In this document: positions 46,871-59,094 of the stretch, in pieces
How the letters are laid out: each line of letters opens with the position of its first letter
How positions within the stretch are numbered: the first letter of the stretch is position 1
From: Trichodelitschia bisporula
Taxonomy: Eukaryota
Assembly (NCBI GenBank): GCA_010356995.1
Contig: ML996707.1
Location: 186,001-250,000, forward strand
Direction: 5' to 3'
Length of the DNA: 64,000 bases
Made by a program: the position numbers and the translations under genes
The notes under the pieces: generated by a model
The model's database searches: none
What the model was told of the DNA's origin: nothing
What the model saw: only the letters and a program-made list of their open reading frames with translations

Positions 46871-48913
46871 ATGGACCGTCCCCCCGTCTTCTTCCCCGCC
46901 TCCCCAGGCACGCCCCTCTTCTCCCTCTCCCCGGAACGCGTCAACGGCACGCGTCCCCCCTACTCAGGGCCCGTCAACGCATCCCCGGAGTTCGCGAAAC
47001 ACGATTACGGTAAGAGCGACTTCAATAACTCGGCGTTTAACACGCCTTCTTTTGGGAAACCGGACTTTAAGCCGGAGTTCGGCAAGCCCTCCCTCAATGC
47101 CGCGTCTACCATCGACCCCTTCGTCATCACTGGGTCCCCGTCCTGTGTATCGGCTCTTGGGTCACCTATTCGGGGTACTTCGTTGCTGGGGTCGCCGAAC
47201 CGCGGGCACTCGCGCAGCGGCAGCGCTGCGAGCGCGTCGGACGCGCATGTCCAGGGTATGGTGGCGCGGTTTGACGCGCTGAGTATTCGGGACTGGAAGG
47301 CCAGCGGGGAGTTAGCCATCAAGCGCGCGGAAATGGCGCGGGAGATGGCGGAGCTAGAGCGCGAGAAGCTGAAAACCGAAGTCGATGCTCTCACGGAGGA
47401 GCTGCGGAAGGTGCGCGAGGAGGCGCGGCGGGTGAAGAAGGAGCTTGATGAGGCGAGGGAGGAGAGGAGGAAGGGCGCGAAGCGGATTGAGGTACTTGGG
47501 GTAGGTTGGAAATGGGGTTACTGGGGTTGTGCTAATGTTGACCAGGAGGAGTTGGCGCGTTCGAAGGAGACGCAATCGAAAGCGACCGGCATGTTCGAGA
47601 AGGAGGTCAAGAAGTGCCGCAAGGAGGCGTATAAGGCGTCGACGGCGCTGGTTAAGACGGCTGAGGAGCTCAAGAGCGTGCGGAGTCAGTTACTCGTCGC
47701 GCAGGCGGATTTGGCGAGTGAGAAGCAGCGCTGCGCGAAGCGCGAACAGGACGCGTTCACGGCGCAGTATCGGCTCGTTGAAGTGCAGGAGGAGCTGGAG
47801 AGGGCGTGGACGCAGATGAAGGTCTTGGAAGAAGAGCGCAATGCGCTGAAACACACCCTACACCATGAGGAGGTAGCCCGCATCGCGGCTGAGGGCATGA
47901 TCGCGCTGCCCACCATCGACGAAGACGACTTCCTGCTCTCCTCGCCCTCGAAATCACCCCGTAAATCGCCGACAAAGCAGCACAGCCGCGGAAACTCGGA
48001 TAAGGAAAACGTGGTCCCGCTCGCAGGGCTTGAACTCAAGCTCCTAGAGGAGGATTTGGCACTTGAGCGGCGCCGGCGTGAGAGCGCGGAGGACCAGATC
48101 GAGTTCATGAAGATGGAGTGCCAGTTCTTGGTCTGCTCATGTCGGATTGCGGAGGGACGGGGCGGGCGGTATGTGCATGATGCGAGCTTGGTGGAGGAGA
48201 TGGAGCATATTAAGCAGACGCTGCCGCTACCGCTGCCGCGTGCGCCGAAGGAAGAGCACAGGGACGAGCACGAGGATACGCCGATGGAAGACGCCTCTCC
48301 CGCCGCCGAGGAGGACGACCACCTGCTCATCAACTTCACGGACGCGCCCGAAGTCCAGGCTCCGTCGCGCACCCAAACCTCCGCCCTCGCAGATTCTCAA
48401 CCTCAACCGATCCCAACCACGACTCCTGCCCCCATCATGCACGCCGAAATCATCGACATCCCGCTCCCCGCCTCTCCCACCACCTCGCCCGAAACCACTC
48501 CCTCCCCCCTCTCCACCCCCACACTCGCCCCGCAAACCCCCTCCAACGTCGAAATCCGCACCATAACCACGACAACCACGATACCCATAACTTTCTCTCC
48601 GCACCCGAGCACGCTCATCCAACACGCCCCCAACCACGCCGCGCCGCACACGCCCAGCGCCGGCACACCGGCGTCGCCTTTCCCGGCCCCGAGTACGGCG
48701 GGGAAGGCGTTCAAGCCGGATGGCACGCTGGATCGCGCGGCGGCGCTGGCGCAGATACAGGCACGGCGGGGGCGGGCGCGGAGTATGGCTCTCGGTACCG
48801 CGACGCCGAAGAGTGTGCGCGAGGAGGGGGTGGGGGTGGATGGACGGCGGGATGTGAGTGCGCCTGTGCTCAGGGTCAGGTCGAAGAGTCGGACGAGGGG
48901 GGTTGTGTGCTGA
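46871..48913 (+). CDS. Coiled-coil protein of unknown function
   Basis: 680-codon ORF with heptad E/K/R-rich core and FMKMECQFLVCSCRIAE motif. Probable in-frame 45-nt intron at 47501-47545. Confidence 0.8.
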   Translation: MDRPPVFFPASPGTPLFSLSPERVNGTRPPYSGPVNASPEFAKHDYGKSDFNNSAFNTPSFGKPDFKPEFGKPSLNAASTIDPFVITGSPSCVSALGSPIRGTSLLGSPNRGHSRSGSAASASDAHVQGMVARFDALSIRDWKASGELAIKRAEMAREMAELEREKLKTEVDALTEELRKVREEARRVKKELDEAREERRKGAKRIEVLGVGWKWGYWGCANVDQEELARSKETQSKATGMFEKEVKKCRKEAYKASTALVKTAEELKSVRSQLLVAQADLASEKQRCAKREQDAFTAQYRLVEVQEELERAWTQMKVLEEERNALKHTLHHEEVARIAAEGMIALPTIDEDDFLLSSPSKSPRKSPTKQHSRGNSDKENVVPLAGLELKLLEEDLALERRRRESAEDQIEFMKMECQFLVCSCRIAEGRGGRYVHDASLVEEMEHIKQTLPLPLPRAPKEEHRDEHEDTPMEDASPAAEEDDHLLINFTDAPEVQAPSRTQTSALADSQPQPIPTTTPAPIMHAEIIDIPLPASPTTSPETTPSPLSTPTLAPQTPSNVEIRTITTTTTIPITFSPHPSTLIQHAPNHAAPHTPSAGTPASPFPAPSTAGKAFKPDGTLDRAAALAQIQARRGRARSMALGTATPKSVREEGVGVDGRRDVSAPVLRVRSKSRTRGVVC

Positions 48914-49237
48914 ATGTAAGCCACGGGACGGGGAGAACTGAGTGTGCTAGTGGGCGTGCTTGAGACTTGGGCAACTGGATCCTCTTTGATTTCTACGTGC
49001 TGGGTTTAGGGTAGGGCATAGCGTGGAGTTTGTAGGGTATGGATTCGGGGATAGATTGGCGCTGGAGGGGTGGGGAGCTTGTTACTGGTTACTACTTCTT
49101 ATTTGACTTGTTTACTACCTTTCGTTACTTGGTGACTGATCGTGGTGTCTGACATTGTGATGATGATGTACGCGGTAAAGGTGATGCAGTACATCTGACC
49201 TTGAAACAGATGATAACTGGATATAGGCATGATGAAA

Positions 49238-49472
49238 GAGCATTGCTGGATAGGAAGGGACGGGGCGCAAATGGTGTAATGTGCGCATGATGAGGGGAAG
49301 GAGGATCGGAGGACATTTGCCACATGACGTACTGTATCTGAGTGGCGAACATCTCTTGACTCTCTTCTCTTGATCTTTCATCATCATCTTGACTCTCTCC
49401 TCTCTTCATCTGTCATCAACTCTTCACTTCGCATCGTAGCCATTTGCACGTCCCACGCCTATTCTTCCATTA
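49238..49472 (+). repeat. Dispersed repeat family, copy E
   Basis: GAGCATTG..GTAATGTGCGCATGATGAGGGGAAGGAGG..GACTCTCTCCTCTC..TTCACTTCGCATCGTAGCCATTTGCACGT..CCTATTCTTCCATTA. Confidence 0.7.
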
Positions 49473-49714
49473 TGAATGGTAAGCTAGACGCTATCGCAGC
49501 CTGTCACGAATACATCCACATTCCAACCCAGGGTATCATCTCCAGCCACTCCTCAGCGTCCGTCCCAACCAAATGTATCACGCACAGGAACTGTCCCCCC
49601 TCAGATATGCCAGATGGGGCATATCAACATCATCCCCAATAGCGAACAGCGGCCAGCAGCCCATGCGCAGCTTGACTTCAGCCCGTCATCAGTTATAAAT
49701 CAACCGTCCGAATC

Positions 49715-50693
49715 TCACTCCCCTTCCTCCATATTCTCCAACACCCCCTCCAACGCCCTAACCTCCTCTTCTCCCCCTCTCCTCCCCCCTTCCGGCCCAA
49801 CCCCTCCCCTCCTTTCCAACGCTCTCCTAGCTTGCATCTCAACATACGCCCTCCGCTCCCTACTCTCCAATCCCTCACTCGCCTCCCCAGCATCCCTAAA
49901 CACCCCAACCCTCGCCCTTAACTCATCCACCAGCACCCGCAACGCCGGCACTTGCGCAAGCACAAACGCCGTATTCTGTCCCAGCGGCGCCCCCCCCCCC
50001 CCTCCACAACCAACCCCCCCACCGTGCCCTGCGTCAAGAACCCAAATCCTTCCCCTCCATTATCCCCACCACTAACCAACCCCCTCACCCTCTCCAAAAC
50101 CCTTTCATTCCTCCTCGCCTCCGCCTCCAGCCCCGCATTCAACCTCTTCGCCTCCTGCACCCTGCGCCTCAACTCCTGCACCCTATCCAGACTCACCCCG
50201 TCCTGCCCATCGAGTTGCAGCCCCTCGTAATGTGGTAATCGTACCCAGGGCGCGAGACCGGCGGGCACGGCGAGCACGTTGCGCAGCGCGTAGATTTCGA
50301 GTTTGTCGAAGTTTATGTCTATGTTGGCGGTGAGGAGGGTTTCGAGTTGGTGTGCGCCGTTTTCGATTTCGGCGCGGGCGGCGGTGGGGGGGTCGGTGGG
50401 TGGGGGGGCGGTGGGCGGAGGGTGGGTAGAGGAGGAAGGGTTGGTGGGAGCGGAGGAGGGGGGCACGTAGTCCGTGAAGCCCAGCGCGCCAGGCGGGGCG
50501 CTTAAGAGGCCTGACTCGGCGGCGTCGATGGCGCGGGAGGTGAGTTCGTTGATTGTGTTTATTATATCGTCGAGGAGGGTCTGTTGCGCGGGGTTAGGGT
50601 GGCTTATGAGGATGTGGGGGGAGGGCGTACGAGGGGCGTGTAGCGCAAGTGCTCGGTCAGCAGCGCGGTTTCGAGGTGCTTGGTTGAGGACAT
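49715..50693 (-). CDS. mis12: Kinetochore protein Mis12/Mtw1 (apparent frameshift in homopolymer at ~49990-50002)
   Basis: LLTEHLRYTPL/TLLDDIINTINEL (across an intron ~50581-50630), EIENGAHQLETLL..IDINFDKLEIYALRNVL. C-terminus continues in another frame: PLGQNTAFVLAQVPALR..ERRAYVE. Confidence 0.88.
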
Positions 50694-50771
50694 GGCGGCA
50701 TGCGAGATGGGGAGTGTTGAAAGCGCAATTGAGATCGCGAGCGACTTTGCGCATTGCGGTTGGCCGGGGAA

Positions 50772-50788
50772 GACGCGGCGCGTAAACA
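50772..50788. promoter_or_regulatory. Putative MCB-like (ACGCG) and forkhead (GTAAACA) sites upstream of mis12
   Basis: GACGCGGCGCGTAAACA 80-95 nt upstream of the ATG. Short motifs, so function is inferred. Confidence 0.4.
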
Positions 50789-50801
50789 TGCGGTTGCCGG
50801 G

Positions 50802-50802
<1 letters not shown>

Positions 50803-50865
<63 letters not shown>
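50803..50865. repeat. 63-nt poly-G homopolymer
   Basis: Directly visible. Confidence 0.95.
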
Positions 50866-51677
50866 CGAATGATGTTCCGGGGTATTTGACCTAGGGAAGA
50901 TTTTCGCGGCTGACTACTTCTCCGTCACGACGAAGAGGAGAGAGAAGGTGGACCAGACTGACTGCATAGGCCAGGAGAAGGCTTGAGTATTGCCGTCATC
51001 CCTTGATCGGACATGGTTGTCCTCGGCTCTTTCACTGTCGCCCAGGTGGAGACGATATCACTCTCTCCTAGAGGAAGACGAGAGCACTCTCCCTGGATGG
51101 AGACGACATCGCGGACTCCCCGCTCGGCCTCGTCCATGTCGAAATGTCATATCGGCCAGCAGAGTATGGCATATCAGCCAGCAGAGCATAGCACAAAGCT
51201 CGCCTCTCCCCCATCCCCCATCCCTTCCCCCAAAAGCACCGCACATTCTTAAGTTGCCCGCCCCATCCCTCGGGAAGACCAACGGCGGTCAATGTAGTCA
51301 CCGTGCGCAGACCAATTCTCCCCTCAACCGCGTAGCCCGCATTCTGCAGGTCGCGAATAACGGTTCGAGGGAGTACGCCGCCCATGGGACCCTGGGCGCT
51401 TTCCCATCTCATTCTGAGTGTCTACCCGGGAAGCGCTGGGGTTCCGTGGCGGTACATACGTGATGAGATAGTGGAGAGTTGGAAGTTGGGGTGGGATATA
51501 TGGATGTAGGGTAGCAGTGTAAATGGCAAAGCAGATCAATTCCTATACCAGATGCCCATGCCGCAATTTGCCCACCATCCCCAGCGCAAAAAAATAATCC
51601 CCCTCAATGCAACAACCGCAGAACCCATTCCTCCCCCTCCAGCCCACCATCCACCCTATCCCCATCTACCCCCGCCC

Positions 51678-52688
51678 TCACGCCCCCTCAACATCAACCC
51701 CCTCCACCTCCAACGCAACACTAGCCCCAAACACACATTCCCACGCCGTCCTCACCCCGCCCCCCCTGCGTTGAAACTTCCCCGGAAACATACGCCACAG
51801 CAAATCCACATCCCCCCTCGCCACCCTGTATAACATAACAACGCGCACATCCGCCCCCACCGGCGCCCGTCCCTCAACACTCAAACAAAGCTCCTTCAAC
51901 GCGCGATCCCCGCCCCAGCGCCGAAAACGCTCGACTACGTCCGCACCCTGCGCCGCATGCCCCGCCCACCCCACCATCCTGAGGCACACGTGTACTTCTT
52001 CCAAGCTGGGGTAGTCGGCCATGAGGCTGCGGCCCGGGGCCGTGGAGGAGAGGTACCCGGTCCAGAGGGCGCGCACATCTCTATCCCTAACCATTAATCT
52101 CAAACTCTTTAACATCCGTGCTTGCGCCCTGTTATGTGCGTACAGGAACATATTCGCGTCGGAGGGATGCGCGAAGGATAGCGTGTTCTTGGCGTAGAGC
52201 AAAGGCCATGTTTCGCGGTGCACGGCGCGGCATACCCGCAAAAGGGGTGTACATATTCCGGCGGAGAGGTTGGCGATGGGCCAGGGGATTGCCTCCGCGG
52301 CCGTGAGACAGTGAGAGTAGATGGCGTCGCGCAGTTCGCGGGGGAGGCGGAAGAGCGGGCTTGCGCGGACGCCGGGGTCGTGGGACCAGGACTCTGGAGA
52401 GGGAGGGGCGTCGGGCATGGGGACGTCGACGGAGGGGGGGGTTGTGAGGGTGGGGGAGGGTTTGGGACTCGGGGCCGGGGGGGCGCGGTGGCGGGTTGAG
52501 TGGCGCTGGGGGGGGGTTGTTGTGGGGGAGGGGAGGGGGGGTGTGCTGGGTGCGGGTGTTGATGATTGTGGTTGTTGTTGGGCGCCGGGGGAGGGGGAGG
52601 GTTGCCAGTGTAAGGGGGCGGAGACGTCGAGCATGTCTTCATCTGAGGGGGGCAAGGAGAGCGCAGACTCATCTGCCGGATAGGCCAT
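51678..52688 (-). CDS. F-box-like (LPRELRDxIY-type) protein
   Basis: SPLFRLPRELRDAIYSHCL...LLRVCRAVHRETWPLLYAKNTLSF, preceded by a Pro-rich N-terminus. Confidence 0.82.
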   Translation of the reverse strand: MAYPADESALSLPPSDEDMLDVSAPLHWQPSPSPGAQQQPQSSTPAPSTPPLPSPTTTPPQRHSTRHRAPPAPSPKPSPTLTTPPSVDVPMPDAPPSPESWSHDPGVRASPLFRLPRELRDAIYSHCLTAAEAIPWPIANLSAGICTPLLRVCRAVHRETWPLLYAKNTLSFAHPSDANMFLYAHNRAQARMLKSLRLMVRDRDVRALWTGYLSSTAPGRSLMADYPSLEEVHVCLRMVGWAGHAAQGADVVERFRRWGGDRALKELCLSVEGRAPVGADVRVVMLYRVARGDVDLLWRMFPGKFQRRGGGVRTAWECVFGASVALEVEGVDVEGA

Positions 52689-53857
52689 GGCGATGCCGTG
52701 AGGATGTCAGTGATGTTGTAAAGATGGTGGTTACGCCGTCGGCGTTGCGGTGCTCGGGTTCGTTTGTCGAGGGCCTTGTGGATATCGCGCCGCAGATAGG
52801 TACGATAGTGAAGGTGTTGGATATTATGGTCGTTGTGACGAGGTGGGGTTGGCGAGGATCTGTTGTGTTCGGGGTTCGGTTACGGGTCTTGCTGGCGAGG
52901 GCGGCGTGTACCTCGTCGCAGGCAGGCAGGCAGGAAGGGAAGCGGTGCGTTCGTCCTTCTCCTCGTGCTCGTCCTCGAAGCCTCACTCTTCCTTCTCGTC
53001 TCGTCCTCGTAACCTAAAGCCATTAGCCCCATCCCACCCTCCCAGCACATTCAAACTCACCAGCCCGTTCCTATCTCCACAATCCACAAGTCCTCAAACC
53101 CAGTAATCTCACACAAAAAAAAGCACCAACAGCCAAAGACCTCCAGCTTTAGAAAGCAGTAACGTAGGAAACGCAGGACGTCAGTATCACAGTCTCCCAA
53201 ATCAAGCGTTACAGCCCACGTATGGGGACCGGATCACAAGCCGGCCGCCTGAATGACAGGGGTGCAACGGCGGGGCCGGCACCAAGGCGCTAGAGCGACT
53301 TCGCGTCCCCGCTAAGCTTCTTTCCGCTAGGTGGGGTATGTATCCGGCGCTAGCCGTATCGGGAGTTGGTGATGATTTTCGTACGCAGTATGTCGGGGTT
53401 GCGAGTATTTGGCGGCGACGTGTTGTTGTACGGATGTAAAGGGAAAGGTTTAGTTCTGTCTTTGCGTCTAAATTTATGGTACGACTAGTCAATGGCTCGG
53501 CGGATTTCTCTTCACCCTCTCGGCAGTGGCGTCACTCGGCATCGCATGCACCATGGATCGAGATATCACTCCAGCAGCCCGTCAACCTTTCCCATCACCT
53601 CCCTGCCATCAACAAAGTCCATAACAAGCGTTCCATTTGCACCGGGTATGAAACCATCAAAAAAAGCCGTCAACCACAACAGCAGCAACAAAGACAGGCA
53701 TAAAAACTAGCCACACCCACCCTCAATCACCACCCACAACCACCACCCTCGCAAAGGCCTTTAGTCTATAACCCTCAGCAGCCAGCCACAAAAATTGCCA
53801 TCCATCTACCAATCCAACCCGCATGTTACTTTTCTTCATCCCCATTCTACCACTCCC

Positions 53858-56308
53858 CTACCGGAACCTCGCCGTACACCGCCCCATCACCTCGCCCTGG
53901 CACACAAGCTCAGCATTGAACTCCGACCCATCAAGAGTGAGGTAAATATCAAAGTACACGCGATAAAACGTGCCCTGCGGCGTATCCATGCGCTCAAAAT
54001 CCTTCTCCAAATTCTTACGCGACAAATCCGACGTAAGCGTCACAACCTCCTTGATCCCTACACAACATTAGCCCCAATCCCACCCCCCAATGTTCTCTGA
54101 GCACTTACGTGGATCCTTGGTATACTCCGGACACACATCATCATCACACGCATACAAAATATCCTCATACATCAAAGTCGCCCCCGGAGCCACCTGGCGG
54201 AAAAAGCTAACCTTGACTGGCTCACCGATCTTGACCCGCTGCCCCTTTTGCACGAAGATCTGCCGCGTGTACTTGCACCGGTCCTTGCCGTCGAGACTCG
54301 GCACGCGATACTGCTCCGGGTGGTGGCCCTCCTTGAACGGCTGCAGCGTCGCCATGAGGTAGTGCCGGCGGGCGACGCGGTGCGTCACGATGCGCTCCGT
54401 GATGCCCGCCGTTACGGCGCCCTTGACGATGGCGGCCACCGAGTCCATGGGCCGCACCACCTTCGACTGGTACTGCGGTGGCACGTGCAGCTTGATTTGC
54501 TGGAAGAGATACTCCGAGGCGCCGAAACCGCCGACGACGAGCACGTTCTACACGTCTTAGCCAATCGCTTCACAGCTTCGCAGACAAATAAAGCTTACCT
54601 GTAGGTTCCGATTCTGCGCCTGAATCGCAATAATCTGGTTCCGCACCAGCTCCAGAATGCGATTAACCACCGGCTCAAAGCACTGCAGAATCTCCTCGTT
54701 CGTAAACGTCATGTAGCCCTCCTCGATACCCGCCTCGGGGAACTCGGCCTCGATGCCCACGTCCACAGCCCACTTCTGCCCGTTGTTGCGGAAGTCCGCC
54801 TTGATGCGGTTCTCAAAGTCCATGATGCACTTGGCGTACACCTTGCCCGCCGTGCGCGATCCGTCCGGCAGCTTCATCTTACGGATCTTGGCGCGCAGGA
54901 TGTTGCTGAAGTTGCGGTTGAGCGCCGTACTACCGCACGAGTCACCCGACCCGGCTGTGCACTCGGCGACGCTGAACGGCTGCTCCTCCTCCACCTCGTA
55001 CGCGATCAAATCGACGGTACCGCCACCGCAGTCGACGATCAGCACCGCATCGTGGATCTTGAGGTTCAGCAGCCCGGTCTTCGAGCAGAACATGGCCGCC
55101 GCCTCGGGCTCGGTAATGAGCTGAAGGCGGTTGTCGTTCTCGTCCCGCAGGAAGCCAGCCTGAATAGCAGCAGCGCGCGTGGCAGCCTTGGCAGCATCGT
55201 TCCAAATAGCCGGCACGGTCAGGTAGTAGCGGATATTGCGCTCCTCACGGTTGAAGACCTCTCCCAGCGTCTTCTGAAGCTGGTTGCGCATCGCCTGGCG
55301 CAAATGGAAAAGGTAGTCGGCCGCCACGTCAATCTCCGACTTGCCAGGCGGCAGCGGGGGCAGGTTGATCGGGTCGATGTACGTGTTACCGCTAAGCATA
55401 AGCTGCAGCTTGAACCACTCGACCTTTTGCACGCCGGGCTTCGGATATCCGGTTGGCGCAAGCGCATCCGCGATATCAGGGCCCCAGCCAACGACCTTTT
55501 GGTACTGGTCGTAGTAGAGGACGGTCGGGATCTGTCACGTCAGCTTACGTATTCCGTCCCGTGCAAAGTCCCGTCTCACCTTCTGCTTCGTCTGGTTCCC
55601 CGCACCTGGCCATTCCGTTATTATGTCCTCCTTGGCTTCGGTGTTGGTCGCAAAGGCAAAGGCAACACCTGAGAAGGTGGTTCCCTGTAAATTTTAGTTG
55701 GAGCTCGGTCTGGTACACCGGTGGACACCCACAAAATCAATGCCCACAATCAGTTGCGCCTTGCTCCGGCCAGCACCCTCGACCTCAGCAACGGCACCGC
55801 CTCCCGCGCGCCCGTAAGGGCCCGGCACCTGAGCTTGGGGTACGCCATATCCACCGTAACCGGCGGGCGGAGGCGGTTGGTGGCCATATCCCGGTGGCTG
55901 CGGCGGCTGGCCGTAGAGCTGCTGCGGTGGGTAGCCGGCGGGGCCCGTAGCCGTGTTGATGGGCGGAGGAGGCATAGGCGAATGAGTGCGGCCCGGAGCG
56001 CCAAGGGGAGCACCGGGTGGGGCGTAGGTGTAGGAGGGCGGACGACCGAGGGGGTTCTGAGGATTCATGGCCGGGTTCGGTTGTTGCGGCTGCTGCTGTG
56101 GTTGCTGCTGCTGTTGCTGCTGCTGTTGCTGCACCGGCGTGCCGGCTTGCGTGGGCAGCGAGGTAGTCGACGAATTTGCGACACTGGTGCGAGCCGAGGC
56201 GGAGGCGTTGGAGGCGGAGGTGAGGGGCGGCGGGCTGGTGGTGTGGGGAGGGGTCTGATTTTCCGATCTGCGTAGGGAGCCCAGAAGGGTTTTGAATGAA
56301 GACGGCAT
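53858..56308 (-). CDS. Atypical Hsp70-family (HSPA12-like) actin-fold ATPase, multi-exon
   Basis: LIVGIDF/GTTFSG, LTVPAIWND, ITEPEAAA, IVDCGGGTVDL, VVGGFGASEYL. Four introns. PolyQ at ~56081-56132. Start could instead be MNPQN at ~56068. Confidence 0.92.
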
Positions 56309-59094
56309 GAAGGTTTGGGGGGGGGAGGAGGTGTGCGTCAACTTTGTAGTAGGAGGAAGGCGCGGCGGGCGTTCGGGCTTCCTTATTGCGACTCTGTCTA
56401 GGCAAAGAGGCAGACACGAGGGAGNNNNNNNNNNNNNNNNNNNNNNNNNNNNNNNNNNNNNNNNNNNNNNNNNNNNNNNNNNNNNNNNNNNNNNNNNNNN
56501 NNNNNNNNNNNNNNGAGAAGTGAGGAAGGAACGAGGCAAGCGAAGACTTGGGGGGGGGGAGCTGGGTAGGTGGAAAGGTTTGTGTGTAAACGGTAGGCTT
56601 AGAAGTAAGAGATACGGGTATGAGAGACAGCAGCCCACAGGTGGTGGAAGCTGGGGCTGGATGCGCGGGGGAGAAAGCACCTGCGCGAGGGAGAAAGCAC
56701 CTGCGCGAGGGGCACGAGCGGGCGACACTATTCTCTGCTTTGAGCTTCGGGTGTCGTTGGGGACAGTTCCCGAGACGCGATGTTGGATGCAGTAGGGTAC
56801 GTGTCTCTGCGCGTAGGAAAGGAGATCGATGAGAGGCCTGTTCGTGCCAGGAGGAAGAAAGTGAGAGGATAGAAGGAGAGAGAGAGAGGTGGAAGGAGGG
56901 GTGAGGGCGAGAGGTGTGAATGTGGGAGACGAGAGAGCGGGGGGTGGAGGCGGGGGGTGGGGAGTGTGGGCGAGTGAGAGTTGGTGGTGGGGGGGAGGGA
57001 ATAGCGTTGGTGAGGCGCTCTCTCGTTCTCCCGTGAGCTGAGAAATCTTGAAGAGTGAAAGCGAGAGACAAAGTCTGCCGATGGAGATCAGATAGAGTAA
57101 TGGAATACTTCTCAGTCAGCCTGCACAATCTGCTGCTGTGTGCTGTCTGCTGTGGCTGTCACTCTGGTGGTGATGTCTTTCTCGTGGCCCCGCTCGACGT
57201 CTGCTCGTTCACTTCATTCACTTCTCTCTCAGCCGTTTTTTTGGGGGCTGAAGCTTGCTGGGAAGAACGCCTCTCAGGCACGACATCACCCACGACTCTC
57301 CACACTATCCACACTTTCCGGTCAAGCAGCACCTTTCACCTGGACTCTTTGGCTGACGGGTGAGCTCAGGCCTGATGCTAACACTTAGTTACATAAGGCT
57401 TGCCGCCTGCAGGCGCTTTTTCGCAAATTGCAACACGCGATGCACGAAGAGAGCAGCAAAGAAGAAAAGGAACCTCACGCCGTTGAAGAAGACCAAGCGC
57501 TCACGGCGGGGCTTAGACGCACAGCCATCATCATCAGAAGGGTGTTTAAATATCCCCGGCGCGCATCCCGCTTCTTCAAGACTTTCGGGCTTGATCTCGA
57601 TACGAACCCCTCCTCTCGCTTTCCCGCCTTCGTGCCGACACCTCACACGCACGAATCTCGGCCTCGCCGTCAACCGTCGCCAAAATGCAAACGCCCAACA
57701 CTGCACGACGCTCAAGCTGAATGCTGACAGCGTGAAGCCGAATGCATTCAGCCGCTCCTGCTGGTGCCTTGGCACCCCATTGGCCCAACCGTGCTGCTTC
57801 TGCTTGCTGCTGCTGCTGCTGCTGCTACTTCTGCTGCTGTGGAAGCCGATGAGCGGAGCATGCTGTGCTGCATACATCAGCAACTGCAGCCTTTCAAAGC
57901 GGTCGTCTTTCCGGCCAACACAGCGCGGCTCTGCTCCTCATCACCCGTTCCTGACACGATTGATGCCCAAACCCAACTCTCGCAAGGTCGGAATATGGTG
58001 GGACTTGGCGCCAAGATTGCTCTTCCCGTTCCTCTGGGCTGGGGAAGCATTCGTCGAACCACTCTCCGCCACCGCCATTTCGAACGTCGTGGGATCGAGG
58101 ACTGCATTACCCGACGCCGCGGAAAGAGCTGCCATGAAGGCCGGCTGTACCGGCTGAATTCACAATTCACAAACAGATACACGGCTCAGCGTTGGCGGAG
58201 AAGTCGGTTAACCCACCGAACTTTTGTCAGCCGACGGGCTTGAACGCCTCTGGCCTGTTGATGACGCAAGGTCCGTACCGTAGAAGCTACCTGGGACCTC
58301 TATGATGGACGACTCGATCGTCTTCAAAACTCGTCCACGGATGCTGAGCATCTGCCTGTCGCAGAGGAGATCTTTGCTAACAACCCAGTGGATTTAGATG
58401 CGAGTCCATCGGACGCTACGCTATCAACCGAGGGGAAGCAACATTCTGATAAGCCATAGCTATACGAAGAGGAGCTGATCGCTACACCCCTACCTCGAGA
58501 CCTTGTTCTCTGTCGGTAGATGGCGTAGGTAGGATATGGCGATTGGCTCCTCTTCGTGCGGCTGTAGCTCATTACAATGTTACTCTGCCTGTGCAAATAG
58601 AAATCCGCAGCCCATGCACCCTCGCACTTCATGACCCATGGGCAACTAGCGATGAGAACCTTCTGGGGCGCCCCTCTCGAGTTCCCCAACGACCTTCCTT
58701 TCCGCAATTGGCCTTTGGAAGGTGTTCATCGCTCGCTGTCCATGGGTCATGGAATTTGAGGGTGCATGGGAGCTATACTTAGGGCCATTGAGTGCTCTGT
58801 TGGTCTATGCCGTCTCAATGGCTGCAACCATGGCAGCGTCAAATGCCGTGTTCGAAGTATTGAAACACGTTTATAGAGCGTGAGAGTGGTACAACGAAAG
58901 CCGTTTAGACTAGAACAATCTAGAATTCTGGAATTACTCCATTGAACGGAATGAGGCCGATGTCTTTTGGCTTTTGAAAGGAAGTGGCTGTGAGAGAAGT
59001 TGTTGATCTGAGAAGCCTGCACACCCGGTGCCGTCCTTGTTTATGGCACTGACAACTTCAGACTCGACATCATGTGCCTTTTGATGTAGGCATG

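Noticed and set aside
50930..51200. Possible further copies of the dispersed repeat here and at ~44690-44870 and ~23520-23690
   Set aside because: Only scattered short matches; colinearity cannot be shown by eye.
57360..58243. ORFs of 159-265 aa around the (CTG)n tract
   Set aside because: No recognisable motif or codon bias; the hydrophobic stretch is produced by the repeat.
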